Source: Candidatus Woesearchaeota archaeon
GTDB lineage: Archaea > Nanobdellota > Nanobdellia > Pacearchaeales > GW2011-AR1
Length of the DNA: 64,000 bases
Reading direction: 5' to 3'
NCBI GenBank assembly: GCA_964530955.1
Contig: CAZHCL010000002.1
Span: 7,412 to 71,411 of the forward strand
This document shows, one piece after another, positions 8,286-17,913 of this stretch. The position numbers and the translations under genes were made by a program. Numbering within the stretch: the first letter of the stretch is position 1; each line of letters opens with the position of its first letter. Below the pieces are notes generated by a model. That model did not search any database. It was given only the letters and a program-made list of their open reading frames with translations, and was not told the DNA's origin.

Positions 8286-8867
8286 TTAAATTTTATCCTT
8301 ATTTTTTATAAATCTAATAAGCTCTTTACTTATGAGTGGTTTTCCATTTACTAAATTATATCTATAAGGCAACTGTGTAGACTGTATTTTATCAATTTTA
8401 ATTTCGACATTATCCTGAAATTTTAATTCACCAAGTTTCTTTCCAGATAATATCCTCTTAACAGTATAAACTGCATTATCCGTGCTCATTTGCTCCTTTC
8501 CTATATCGAATCTCTTTACATCAGGCAAGAACTTTGACAGCTCATCCTTTGTCCTTTTTTTAGGAGGATAATCGCCCAAAATCCCGCCAAAAATAAAGTA
8601 ATCATATTTGGAAGAATTACTAGGACTTAGAGTCTCATCTGCCTCAGGGTCAAGTATGCAAGAATTACTCAAGCCCATATCTCTAACAGATTCCAAAAAG
8701 ACTTTCCCTAACCCTACAAGCTTTTTCCTATCCTTTTCTTTTATATTGGTAAACCAAAGATTCTTTTTTCCAACAATCTTAGAAATATGCTTGTATTCAA
8801 TTAAGCACCAAGGCCATAACTCTGGTTCAAGATGCTCTATAACATATATCCTGTTCTTAACTTGCAT
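8286..8867 (-). CDS. SPOUT-class methyltransferase of the DUF431/Sfm1 family
   Basis: YVIEHLEPELWPW..EY, YDYFIFGGILGDYPPKKRT, IGKEQMSTDNAV and LPYRY match my recollection of yeast Sfm1-type proteins. Confidence 0.75.
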   Translation of the reverse strand: MQVKNRIYVIEHLEPELWPWCLIEYKHISKIVGKKNLWFTNIKEKDRKKLVGLGKVFLESVRDMGLSNSCILDPEADETLSPSNSSKYDYFIFGGILGDYPPKKRTKDELSKFLPDVKRFDIGKEQMSTDNAVYTVKRILSGKKLGELKFQDNVEIKIDKIQSTQLPYRYNLVNGKPLISKELIRFIKNKDKI

Positions 8868-8903
8868 ATAAATTAAAGAAAAAGTTATTTTATAAATCCG
8901 TTG

Positions 8904-9152
8904 CTAGACCTTTGTCTGAGATTCAGCAGGAGAAGGCTCTTCCAAATCCTTTTCATCAACTGAATTTATTGCTGCCTTGAATATCTTGAATTTATCAGAA
9001 GGTATTCGCAGTCCAGACTTTGTAAACCCTGTATATCTCTCAGATTTAACAAATTCCCTTATGGTCAGACCCCTATGACCTCCAAAGTCATCAATCCTTA
9101 TTACTATATCCGTATCAGCACTTTTCTCTATCCTGTCTATGTCTTTCTCCAT
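8904..9152 (-). CDS. PC4/p15-like ssDNA-binding transcriptional coactivator domain protein
   Basis: IVIRIDDFGGHRGLTIREFVKSERYTGFTKSGLRIPSDKFKIF follows the PC4 C-terminal domain pattern (v.f.G....dIRE%....ptkkGi.l....w). Confidence 0.65.
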   Translation of the reverse strand: MEKDIDRIEKSADTDIVIRIDDFGGHRGLTIREFVKSERYTGFTKSGLRIPSDKFKIFKAAINSVDEKDLEEPSPAESQTKV

Positions 9153-9230
9153 TAAATAATAAGGACGTCAAATTATATAAATATATCCAAATATCAAGGT
9201 AAAGGATATAAACGACCATATCTTGCAAAA

Positions 9231-10169
9231 ATGATGAAATCAATAAAAATAGGTAATATTAAACTAAAAAATAAACTTTTCCTAGCTCCAATGGTTGACG
9301 TGACTGACTTGGCTTATCGTTTAATATGCAGGAAAGCAGGAGCAGGCATGGCCTATACGGAAATGCTCTATGTAGATGCAATAACCCATGAAAATGAGAA
9401 AACTCAAAAGCTAATGAAGACTTCCAAAGAAGACAAACCAGTTGGAATCCAAGTAACAGGGAATAATGTCTCTGAATTTGAAAAAGCAATTAAAATGAAA
9501 GTCTTTGAAAAATATAATCTAGTTGATATTAACTGTGGATGCCCTAGCATAAGAATAACTGGAAATCAAGCAGGCTCTTTCTTACTAAAAAATCCTGATA
9601 AAATTTCAGGGATGATTAAAACACTTAAGAATTCAGGTTATACCACAACTGCAAAAATAAGACTTGGATTCGAAAACAATAACGTTATGAAAGTTGCAAA
9701 GAGTATTGAAAAAGCAGGAGCAGATGCATTAACAATTCATGCAAGGCTCGCAACACAAGGAACAGGCACAAAGGCAGACTGGAAGTGGATTCAGGAAGCA
9801 AAAAAAGAAATTGGAATTCCAGTAATTGGAAATGGAGATATTTTTTCTGGCAAAGATACAGAAAGAATGCTTGAAATTGCTGATGGAGCCATGATTGCAA
9901 GAGCAGCCATTGGAGACCCGCACATTTTTGAAAGAATTTCATTCTATCTTAAAACTGGAAAAGAAAGAGAAAGAAATTTCAAAAAGAATATTGATTATTT
10001 CAAAAAATACCTCTACCTAGCAAAAAAACATGACATTATAGATATTCCAAGAATAAAATATCTCGGAACAAATTTCCTGAGAAATAAAGAAGGCGCCGCA
10101 AAACTAAGAAATGAATTAATGCAAAAAAAGGATTTCAATGAAATTCAGGATTTCATTAGGAATATTTAG
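9231..10169 (+). CDS. dus: tRNA-dihydrouridine synthase
   Basis: LAPMVDVTDLAYRLICRKAGAGMAYTEM, DINCGCP, TIHARL. Confidence 0.9.
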   Translation: MMKSIKIGNIKLKNKLFLAPMVDVTDLAYRLICRKAGAGMAYTEMLYVDAITHENEKTQKLMKTSKEDKPVGIQVTGNNVSEFEKAIKMKVFEKYNLVDINCGCPSIRITGNQAGSFLLKNPDKISGMIKTLKNSGYTTTAKIRLGFENNNVMKVAKSIEKAGADALTIHARLATQGTGTKADWKWIQEAKKEIGIPVIGNGDIFSGKDTERMLEIADGAMIARAAIGDPHIFERISFYLKTGKERERNFKKNIDYFKKYLYLAKKHDIIDIPRIKYLGTNFLRNKEGAAKLRNELMQKKDFNEIQDFIRNI

Positions 10170-10170
10170 A

Positions 10171-10791
10171 TTAAGTGCCTAAAAGATTGCTAGCTTCCTG
10201 ACAAGCAGCAATATTATGCTCTAAAAACTCTCCGGTTTCAAGGTCATGATTAACATAGCTCAGTATTTTTTCCAAAGAAAAGTCACCTACTCCTGCTTTT
10301 TCCCCTTCTTGAGCAATTATTTGCTCAGAAAATTTCCTTATTGCGAAACCCAATGCATCTAACTCATATCCTTTTCTTTTAGGAATATAAATACTAGCAG
10401 TAATATCACCATCTTCAAATAAACCGCAGGAAGAGATAAATAAACCATGCACTTCAAATGAATATTCTTTTCCCACTCTTAAGACATCAAATAATCTATA
10501 TGCAGATTCCCAAGATGAATCATTAGAAGTAACTTTTTTTCTCAAGAAGTAGTCCCTGCTGTCTCGATGATTTACTGGGCTGGCAACCACTTTATCTTGA
10601 TCAAGAATATTTGCATTCCCGAACAAATGAAAATGAGCCTCGCCCGTTAAAAATTTACCAGTCATTACACCTCCATCATAAGAACAACTTATTGAAGGGC
10701 GATATAACAATAATTTTCCTCTCTTGAATTTTAACTCCCTCGTAACCCGATGTAAATTATCTGAATTAACCAGAACATATCCATCACTCAT
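10171..10791 (-). CDS. Hypothetical protein
   Basis: ORF with no recognised motif. I prefer the ATG at 10791; the track start at 10797 is TTG. Confidence 0.55.
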   Translation of the reverse strand: MSDGYVLVNSDNLHRVTRELKFKRGKLLLYRPSISCSYDGGVMTGKFLTGEAHFHLFGNANILDQDKVVASPVNHRDSRDYFLRKKVTSNDSSWESAYRLFDVLRVGKEYSFEVHGLFISSCGLFEDGDITASIYIPKRKGYELDALGFAIRKFSEQIIAQEGEKAGVGDFSLEKILSYVNHDLETGEFLEHNIAACQEASNLLGT

Positions 10792-10840
10792 ACACAAACT
10801 AATTTTATTTTATATTTAAACAAATATGTTTTAAAGGATA

Positions 10841-12163
10841 CTAATACCTTCTTCCTCTTCCGCCGTAACTTCTACCTCTAGAACTAGAACCATACCTGCT
10901 TCTTCCACCCCTATCTCCGCTATCTCCTCCCTCTCTGCCATGGCTTCTGTTATCACTTCCTCCACGATTGCCTCTGTAGCCCCCATGTCCTCCGCCTCTG
11001 CTGCCGTAACTTCTTCCTCCTCTTCTATCCTGATCAAAACTGATGTAGACCTTCTTAACATCTTCAGGAACTGGCTCCTGCTGAATTTTCAAACTATCAT
11101 CTCTGAGCACATTTCTAAAGTTATCATAATCTCTCTGTGATAAAATAGTAATTGCAATTCCATCTTTGCCAGCTCTTGCTGTTCTGCCTATTCTATGAAT
11201 ATACTCTGAACTTGTCTTTGGACTATCGTAATTGTAAACATGAGAAACATTCTTTATATCCAAACCACGAGCAGCCACATCAGTGCAAACAAGAACAAAA
11301 ACGCTCTGAGATTTGAAATAATCAAGTATTCTGTTTCTCTTTTGCTGTGTAAGACCTCCGTGAATAGCAGTTGCTTCAATACCTTGTTTGCTTAAATTAT
11401 TAGCAACAAAATCAGCATTGATTCTAGTATTACAGAAAACCATAACCAATCCTGCTTTTTCTTTCTTAAGTAAATGAACTAGCAAAGAGAACTTTATTTC
11501 TTTTGGAGCATCATAATAAACCTGTTTCAATAATGAAGGGTCAACATAAGATTCAACAGATACCTGAACCGGATTGTTCATGTACTTCTTTGCCAATCTT
11601 TCAATATCTGGAGAAATTGTTGCTGAGAAAAGCATTGTCTGTCTTTGTTTAGGACAGGCAGATATAATTCTCTCCACATCTTCTATAAAACCCATATCCA
11701 ACATTCTATCGGCCTCATCAAGAACAAGAATATTCAAATGCTTAAGGTCAATAGTTCCCCTTTGCAAATGGTCTAATATTCTTCCAGGAGTTCCAACAAC
11801 TACCTCTGCAGTCTCCAAATCAGAAACTTGAGGACCTATTCCAACTCCACCATAAATAATAGAGACTTCCAATTTCTTGAAAGTAGAAAAATGATGCATA
11901 ACTTTCCCAACCTGCTCGGCTAATTCACGCGTAGGAGTTAGAATAAGGGCTTGAATACCTTTTCCTTTTTCAGAATGCTCAATAATACTTGAACCAAAAG
12001 CAAGAGTCTTACCGCTTCCCGTTGCAGAACCACCGATAATATCTTTCTTGGCAAGTGCTAAAGGTATTGTCTTTTCCTGTATTTCGCTCGGCTCAGTGAA
12101 CTTTGCCTCTTGAATTATTTTTATGAGGGGTTCTGATAAGCCTAATTTTCTAAAGCTTTCCAT
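10841..12163 (-). CDS. DEAD-box ATP-dependent RNA helicase with RGG/RG-rich C-terminal tail
   Basis: Q-motif region, GSATGSGKTLAF, VLDEADRMLDMGF, FSAT, HRIGRTARAG. The last ~70 aa are R/G/S/Y-rich. Confidence 0.95.
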   Translation of the reverse strand: MESFRKLGLSEPLIKIIQEAKFTEPSEIQEKTIPLALAKKDIIGGSATGSGKTLAFGSSIIEHSEKGKGIQALILTPTRELAEQVGKVMHHFSTFKKLEVSIIYGGVGIGPQVSDLETAEVVVGTPGRILDHLQRGTIDLKHLNILVLDEADRMLDMGFIEDVERIISACPKQRQTMLFSATISPDIERLAKKYMNNPVQVSVESYVDPSLLKQVYYDAPKEIKFSLLVHLLKKEKAGLVMVFCNTRINADFVANNLSKQGIEATAIHGGLTQQKRNRILDYFKSQSVFVLVCTDVAARGLDIKNVSHVYNYDSPKTSSEYIHRIGRTARAGKDGIAITILSQRDYDNFRNVLRDDSLKIQQEPVPEDVKKVYISFDQDRRGGRSYGSRGGGHGGYRGNRGGSDNRSHGREGGDSGDRGGRSRYGSSSRGRSYGGRGRRY

Positions 12164-12284
12164 TTTATCTGTTAATTATCTGAAGGAGAAATAGTCGTTG
12201 TATGCTATCTCTCAACCACAACGCATGAAATTTACTAAATTTATGCACTAACAAAATAAACAGAAAAAGAGGCTATTTAAATCT

Positions 12285-12611
12285 TTATTTCTTCACAATA
12301 ACTGCAGTTCCATAACAAAGAACTTCGCTTATTCCTGCAGCAATTTCAGTAGCATCATACCTTACACCTATAATTGCATTTGCGCCAAGCTCTTCAGCAT
12401 GCTTTAGCATCATTTCAAATGACTCTTTTCTAGCCTGCTCACAAAGCTGAGTGTAAAGAGTAATGTTTCCTCCGAATAAAGACTGTATTCCTGCGCCTAT
12501 ATTACCGATTATAGAACGAGAACGAACAACAATTCCCCTCACAACTCCTAAATTCTTAACTGTCTTATATCCCTCAAGCTGAAAAGCGGTTGTAGCCATA
12601 TCTGATTTCAT
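12285..12611 (-). CDS. YbjQ/UPF0145 (DUF74) family protein
   Basis: [29 protein letters not shown]...[13 protein letters not shown]. Confidence 0.85.
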   Translation of the reverse strand: MKSDMATTAFQLEGYKTVKNLGVVRGIVVRSRSIIGNIGAGIQSLFGGNITLYTQLCEQARKESFEMMLKHAEELGANAIIGVRYDATEIAAGISEVLCYGTAVIVKK

Positions 12612-12641
12612 AAAGCCACTAAATGACAGAAGATTATAAAG

Positions 12642-13019
12642 TTATCTTTTCCCATTTATTGTAAATGCAAGGGGATTACCTAGTATGTCCAAAAAAAAGG
12701 GAGTTGTCGTTTTGTTTAGCCCGCTAACTATCTGAGCAGGATTAGTATCTGGACTGACTAAATCATCTATTGCTCGAAAAGTAGTTATGCCTGAAAGCGC
12801 GGCAATAGTATTTATTCTTCTTACCACAGTTTCAGTATTGCCTCTTCTCTCTCCGTTTAATCCGAAAAGCTCAACATCAAGACTCCCCTCATATCCAGTA
12901 GAAGAGTCATAATTACCTACACGCTCTTGCAAATAGTCAAGAGTTTCAAGGTTACTTTCAGTCCAAAATGGATCATATACCATATTCTTTATCCCAGAAA
13001 TCGCTGAGGCCCGAATCAC
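12642..13019 (-). CDS. Hypothetical protein (GTG start; start uncertain)
   Basis: ORF only. A TATA-like GGTTTAAATTAG lies about 28 nt upstream of the GTG at 13019. Confidence 0.45.
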   Translation of the reverse strand: MIRASAISGIKNMVYDPFWTESNLETLDYLQERVGNYDSSTGYEGSLDVELFGLNGERRGNTETVVRRINTIAALSGITTFRAIDDLVSPDTNPAQIVSGLNKTTTPFFLDILGNPLAFTINGKR

Positions 13020-13109
13020 CTCTCAAAATTATGGAATATTCTACTAATTTAAACCTTTCTTTTTACCCCTTGGCAAAAGGCTTAAAATCCTGGCTTTCTT
13101 GGGAATATC

Positions 13110-14465
13110 ATGCTAAAGATTTACAATACGCTTACAAGAAAGAAGGAAGTCTTCAAACCAATAAAGAAAGGAGAAGTCAAAATGTATGTATGTGGTCCAA
13201 CTGTAAATGGAATACCTCATTTGGGTCATGCCAAACAACAAATAACTTTTGATATTCTTAGAAAAACACTTAAATATAACGGATTAAAAGTTAAGTTTGT
13301 CTCAAATATTACTGATGTTGATGATAAAATAATAAACAAGGCAAATGAACTTCATGTTGACATAAAAAAATTCACCGAAGAAAACACTAAAATACATCTT
13401 CAGGATTATAAAGAACTAAATGTTGAAAAATCAGATATTCAGCCAAAAGCTTCTGAGTACATAAAAGAAATGATTGATTTAATTAAAAATCTTGAACAAA
13501 AAGGTTATGCATATATTATAGAAGAAGATGGAGTTTATTATAATACTTCAAAATTTAAGAAATATGGAAAGCTGTCAGGCCAAAAAAAGGAAGACTTGAA
13601 AGCTGGAGCAAGAGTAGCAACAAAAGAACTAAAGAAAAACAAAGAAGATTTTGCATTGTGGAAATTTAGTAAGCCAGGAGAGCCTAAATGGAACTCTCCC
13701 TGGGGAGAAGGAAGACCTGGTTGGCATATTGAATGCTCTGCAATGTCAAAAACCCTTTTAGGAATACCTTTTGATATTCATGGAGGCGGCCAAGACCTAA
13801 TCTTCCCTCATCACGAAGATGAAATAGCACAAACCGAGGCAGCATATGGAAAGAAAATGGCAAATTACTGGGTTCACAATGGATTGGTCAATGTAGATAA
13901 TGTAAAAATGAGTAAGAGTCTTGGCAATTTTACAACTATTCAGGATTTGCTTGAAAAATATGATGGAAGTACGCTCAGATACTTCAGTATGCTCTCCCAC
14001 TACAGAAGTCCGACTGATTTCTCCCATGAAAAAATAGATGCTGCAAGAACTGCATTTGAAAGACTAAAAAGAAAAGTAATTGAGCTAAAGAAGGAAAGCC
14101 ATAAAGGAACAGATAAAACCAAAGAATATGACTCAGAGTTTTTAGATGCAATAAATGATGACCTAAATACTCCTAAGGCCATACAAGTTTTCCAGAAAGC
14201 GCTTGATGATTTTGATTTTGACTCAAAAAAGAAACTTAAGCTCCTTGAAAAATTTGATGAAGTTCTCGGAATAGGAATAAAAGAGATGAAAGAAGAAAAA
14301 CTTTCCATTTCAAAAGATCTTAAAGAATTAATGGAAGAAAGAGAAAATCTCAGAAAAGAGAAGAAATGGGCTGAAGCAGATGTAATAAGACAAAAGATAA
14401 AAGAAAAAGGCTATTCTGTTCTTGATACCCCTGAAGGTCCCAAATTAGAGAAAATTAATACCTAA
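13110..14465 (+). CDS. cysS: Cysteinyl-tRNA synthetase
   Basis: CGPTVNGIPHLGHA (HIGH) and KMSKSLGN (KMSKS). Confidence 0.95.
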   Translation: MLKIYNTLTRKKEVFKPIKKGEVKMYVCGPTVNGIPHLGHAKQQITFDILRKTLKYNGLKVKFVSNITDVDDKIINKANELHVDIKKFTEENTKIHLQDYKELNVEKSDIQPKASEYIKEMIDLIKNLEQKGYAYIIEEDGVYYNTSKFKKYGKLSGQKKEDLKAGARVATKELKKNKEDFALWKFSKPGEPKWNSPWGEGRPGWHIECSAMSKTLLGIPFDIHGGGQDLIFPHHEDEIAQTEAAYGKKMANYWVHNGLVNVDNVKMSKSLGNFTTIQDLLEKYDGSTLRYFSMLSHYRSPTDFSHEKIDAARTAFERLKRKVIELKKESHKGTDKTKEYDSEFLDAINDDLNTPKAIQVFQKALDDFDFDSKKKLKLLEKFDEVLGIGIKEMKEEKLSISKDLKELMEERENLRKEKKWAEADVIRQKIKEKGYSVLDTPEGPKLEKINT

Positions 14466-14940
14466 TCAATTTTTTCAATCTATCTCTCAGCCTAGCAGCG
14501 AGCTCATATTCTTCCGTTCTAACTGCAAAACCGATATCCCTTTCCAATTTCTGTATGGGAGAAAGTCTTGGTCTGCTTTTCTTAGTTCCTTTTTTCTTAG
14601 AAGAACCTCTTTCTTCATATGCAAGTCGAACAAAATCATTTTTCCAATCATCCTCAGGAGAATAATCACTAGAAAAGTGATTTTCTTCAACAACCCATGA
14701 ATTTCCTTTTCCTACCGTACTAACATCATAGTCCGATTCTCCAGGTCCAGTCCTTTTTATATGTAATTTCTTCTTATCTCCGTCATTTGCTTTAGAAACA
14801 ATTGCTGTTAAGTCAAGATAAGGTCTCTTCTCAGTATCAAATTGGATTGCGGAGCTACGAATATATCCTCCCTCTCCTACCTTCATGAATCTAACCCTAT
14901 TCTTTATATTTTCGCCATTGGGTCTTCCTATAAAAGCCAT
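14455..14940 (-). CDS. Hypothetical protein with C-terminal UVR (UvrB/UvrC-type) motif
   Basis: C-terminal EEYELAARLRDRLKKL resembles the UVR helical hairpin. The N-terminal domain is unrecognised. Confidence 0.55.
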   Translation of the reverse strand: MAFIGRPNGENIKNRVRFMKVGEGGYIRSSAIQFDTEKRPYLDLTAIVSKANDGDKKKLHIKRTGPGESDYDVSTVGKGNSWVVEENHFSSDYSPEDDWKNDFVRLAYEERGSSKKKGTKKSRPRLSPIQKLERDIGFAVRTEEYELAARLRDRLKKLIRY

Positions 14941-15000
14941 ATCTCTTTTCTGAATTATGTGTTTAAATAATTAATTAATATGCAAATATAGTATCTTAAC

Positions 15001-15522
15001 TTAAACCAAACTATGGAGTCTTATTACTTCAATCCCATTCGAAGTAAATTCTTCAACAAGATAGTCTCTTAATCCCATTCTAACAATAGGATCCTCAGGA
15101 TCGCTTTCTTTTGGCAAATTAAAAAAATCTGTTAGTAGTGGACCAGTATATACTCTAGCAATCTTTGCTTTTTTTAAAACAGGAACGACTTCATCAACTT
15201 TCAATACCCAATCCCGAGTTTGACTTACAGCAAATTCCTCCAAGCTATCTCCTTGTCTTAACCATAATTCTACTCCTTCACCAGAATCTCCTCCTTGCCT
15301 ATGGGCGTAGGAGTCTTCAATCTCAAAAGCATATACTTTGCCATCAAGTTTTAATCTCTCCATAGAAGCTAAACCTGAATATATCCTCTGAAACTCATCA
15401 GGATTTAAAGTCGACATATTTCTGTCCTTGATTAAATCCAATAATCCTCTTAATCTTGAGATATCATGCTCATCAAAGGCAAATGACAATTCCTCAAGAG
15501 ACTTAGCATCTGTTTTAAACAT
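15001..15522 (-). CDS. Hypothetical protein
   Basis: ORF with ATG start; no motif recognised. Confidence 0.55.
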   Translation of the reverse strand: MFKTDAKSLEELSFAFDEHDISRLRGLLDLIKDRNMSTLNPDEFQRIYSGLASMERLKLDGKVYAFEIEDSYAHRQGGDSGEGVELWLRQGDSLEEFAVSQTRDWVLKVDEVVPVLKKAKIARVYTGPLLTDFFNLPKESDPEDPIVRMGLRDYLVEEFTSNGIEVIRLHSLV

Positions 15523-15599
15523 AAAAATACTTTGTTTGTTAATATTTAAAGATAATTATAACCGAGTTTTATTAATAAAATTGTTATAGAAAACACTAT

Positions 15600-15803
15600 T
15601 TACTTTACTAAATAACGGAACAAGTCATAGACTAAAAATGCAGGCCAGACCAAAGCCTTCAAGACAGCCAGAACATCAGGCCAAAAACCAACAGAGCCTG
15701 ATAGAAAATAGACTGCCGCGCCTATAAAACCAAGAAAATAAAACAATCCGCATCTATGACCAATGTGATGATGCCATCCGCAGTTGCAATCCTTATCTTT
15801 CAT
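15600..15803 (-). CDS. Small membrane protein with Cys/His-rich N-terminus
   Basis: DCNCGWHHHIGHRC followed by 2 TM helices. The TATA CTATTTAAATATT (15825-15837) lies about 25 nt upstream. Confidence 0.5.
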   Translation of the reverse strand: MKDKDCNCGWHHHIGHRCGLFYFLGFIGAAVYFLSGSVGFWPDVLAVLKALVWPAFLVYDLFRYLVK

Positions 15804-15879
15804 AATTCACATTGGAATAAAAACTATTTAAATATTGCCCAAACCAAAAGATTATATATGGAAGTAAAGATTTATTTTT

Positions 15880-16386
15880 ATGGGAGAATATGACTTTGTA
15901 GGCGGTAGAGAAGGAGACTATATAGCAAAGCCACATTCAATCGAACCGTTTGGTTTTGTGGCTACGAGCGATAAACATGCCTTTCTTAAGCGCTATTCAA
16001 AGAGAGATATTCCAAATGAACCTTTCTCTCAAAAAACAATGGATATTGCTTCAAGATTGGTTCTTGATAGAATAGAAAATGGAAGTATTGATAAAAAGCT
16101 CGGATTAGGTTTTATGATTTTATCTAATGGATACATAAATGTATCTTTTTGGGGAGGAGAATTACCTTCATTACTAAATAACAGTCTATTTGGTTTTAAA
16201 AACGAGGAAAATATGGCTCGAGAAATTAATGAGTTAGACATAAGAAAAGAGGGGACCTATTGTGTATGGGAGCTCGGAGTCGTTGAGCACGAAGCAAGAG
16301 CATGGAGAAGGTATCTTCAAAGTAAAAAAGAAGAAGCTGATAAGATTCAATATCTTAATGATTCTCTTAGAGGCACCATAAGATAA
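15880..16386 (+). CDS. Hypothetical protein
   Basis: ORF only. Confidence 0.55.
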   Translation: MGEYDFVGGREGDYIAKPHSIEPFGFVATSDKHAFLKRYSKRDIPNEPFSQKTMDIASRLVLDRIENGSIDKKLGLGFMILSNGYINVSFWGGELPSLLNNSLFGFKNEENMAREINELDIRKEGTYCVWELGVVEHEARAWRRYLQSKKEEADKIQYLNDSLRGTIR

Positions 16387-16537
16387 TCAAAATCAAATTA
16401 TTTTATCTTTTGCCACACCTATTGAATAATTTCTTCATTTTAAAAAAAGTAGAATCATAGAGGGCGACGTTCTGTCACATTTTTAGGGCTTTCATTATTA
16501 TAAAAATATAGTCTTAATTCAGCAATCTCTTATATAA

Positions 16538-17212
16538 TTAGCGATTAACATTAAATACAGTGTATACCTCGTCGGCCACATCTTGCCATCTGAAGAAAAA
16601 TTCCGAACTATCTCCTGCTCCGCCTGGAGAGACATTCAGCGTTATAGGCTCAAATTTACCATCGGAATAAGTCCCTCTTTCTATAAAGCCTAAATTACAT
16701 TCTTCATAATCTAAACTATTGTCTGTATTTGGAATACATAAAAAATTATTTCCTTGCTTAAGATAGGGTTTTGAAACATTTCTTGCTATGGCCCATGAAA
16801 CTATTCTACCTTCCAGATTATTAGGCAAGTTACAAAAAGTATCATAATTATCAGACACTATATTCAATCCATCATTGCCCAATCTTATTTTAGCAATTAT
16901 TGGTCCACAGGTAGGATTAAAAATATTGGGTGAATTTATAGGAATTCCTGCTCCTTCTCCAGACAATAATCTATGATATTTATCGCGGGGACTATCTTGA
17001 TCCTCGTAACAAATAGAATCTAATTCTGAAAGTCCTTCTCTTATTGCATGCGCCCTCATAAAAGATAATTCATAAGTGTTAGGCAGACTTATTCCTTTCT
17101 GTAAAGCGTCTCTTGCACTCATATATCCTGCAAATTCAGCTTCAATCTCAAATTCTAAATGTTTTTGAGTAGTCGCATCTTCATATAGCCTTATTGGAAC
17201 TATCATTTTCAT
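16538..17212 (-). CDS. Hypothetical protein
   Basis: ORF only. Confidence 0.55.
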   Translation of the reverse strand: MKMIVPIRLYEDATTQKHLEFEIEAEFAGYMSARDALQKGISLPNTYELSFMRAHAIREGLSELDSICYEDQDSPRDKYHRLLSGEGAGIPINSPNIFNPTCGPIIAKIRLGNDGLNIVSDNYDTFCNLPNNLEGRIVSWAIARNVSKPYLKQGNNFLCIPNTDNSLDYEECNLGFIERGTYSDGKFEPITLNVSPGGAGDSSEFFFRWQDVADEVYTVFNVNR

Positions 17213-17282
17213 ATATTCATATCTCTTTTAGTCTATTTAAATCTTCCTATTTATTATCACTTAATAGTTACAACTTTTAACA

Positions 17283-17364
17283 CGCCCAGACCAGGAGTCG
17301 AACCTGGAAATCCTTGCGGAAACGCGATTTCGAGTCGCGCGGAGTACCGTTGTCCCATCTGGGC
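17283..17364 (-). tRNA. tRNA-Ser (anticodon CGA), type II with long variable arm
   Basis: Manual fold: acceptor GCCCAGA/TCTGGGC, anticodon stem CGCGA/TCGCG, loop CTCGAAA, variable arm TTTCCGCAAGGAT.., T-arm CCAGG-TTCGACT-CCTGG, discriminator G. Confidence 0.9.
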
Positions 17365-17417
17365 TGAAATAAATAAAAAGCACGGCTTTAAATACTATAT
17401 TCTTTTATTTTCACATT

Positions 17418-17624
17418 ATGGAAAAAACGCCCGAAGAAAGCAAGATGTCAAAGGAAGAGCAGATAGGATTTCATAAGGGAGCGATAAATACTCTTATGGC
17501 TGAAAGAAATGAATTACTTAGAATAGTAAGTGTCACAGAAAATCTGATAAACGCACACATAAGCGAACTTGGGAAGTTAGGTGTCAAGATTATTGACAAA
17601 GATGCTTCTCAAAAAAATAAATAA
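17418..17624 (+). CDS. Small coiled-coil protein, hypothetical
   Basis: 68-aa helical ORF. The TATA CTTTAAATAC lies about 27 nt upstream of the ATG. Confidence 0.5.
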   Translation: MEKTPEESKMSKEEQIGFHKGAINTLMAERNELLRIVSVTENLINAHISELGKLGVKIIDKDASQKNK

Positions 17625-17634
17625 TTAACTTTCT

Positions 17635-17889
17635 TTAGGAAGATTCTAAAAATCTAGTTATATCTTGCGCAGATAAAGAAGGATTATGACTTCGGACTGC
17701 TTGCACATACTCCACATCTGAAGAATATAATCTTCTTCCATTTAATATCCAATCTTGCCAGTATCTACATTCAGTACATCCTTTATAAAAAGTACACTTA
17801 GGTTTTTTTAAAGCCCATCCTATTCTGCCCCAGAGACTTAAACGTCCAGTAGGGTCATCCTCTTTTTCATCCATCAAACTCGCAGACAT
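17635..17889 (-). CDS. Small W/C-rich protein, paralog A of a tandem pair
   Basis: Shares LW.R.GWA...P.C.F..G...C.YW..WILNGR..Y.S....Y....R..NP...A.D.T..L with the adjacent gene. Confidence 0.6.
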   Translation of the reverse strand: MSASLMDEKEDDPTGRLSLWGRIGWALKKPKCTFYKGCTECRYWQDWILNGRRLYSSDVEYVQAVRSHNPSLSAQDITRFLESS

Positions 17890-17913
17890 TATCTTTTTAG
17901 TAAAATAGAATAT

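Noticed and set aside
10831-11140. E-rich 76-aa minus ORF and 66-aa plus ORF at the 3' end of the helicase gene
   Set aside because: They are alternate-frame or antisense readings of the repetitive RGG-coding tail. The helicase frame is continuous and biologically sensible.
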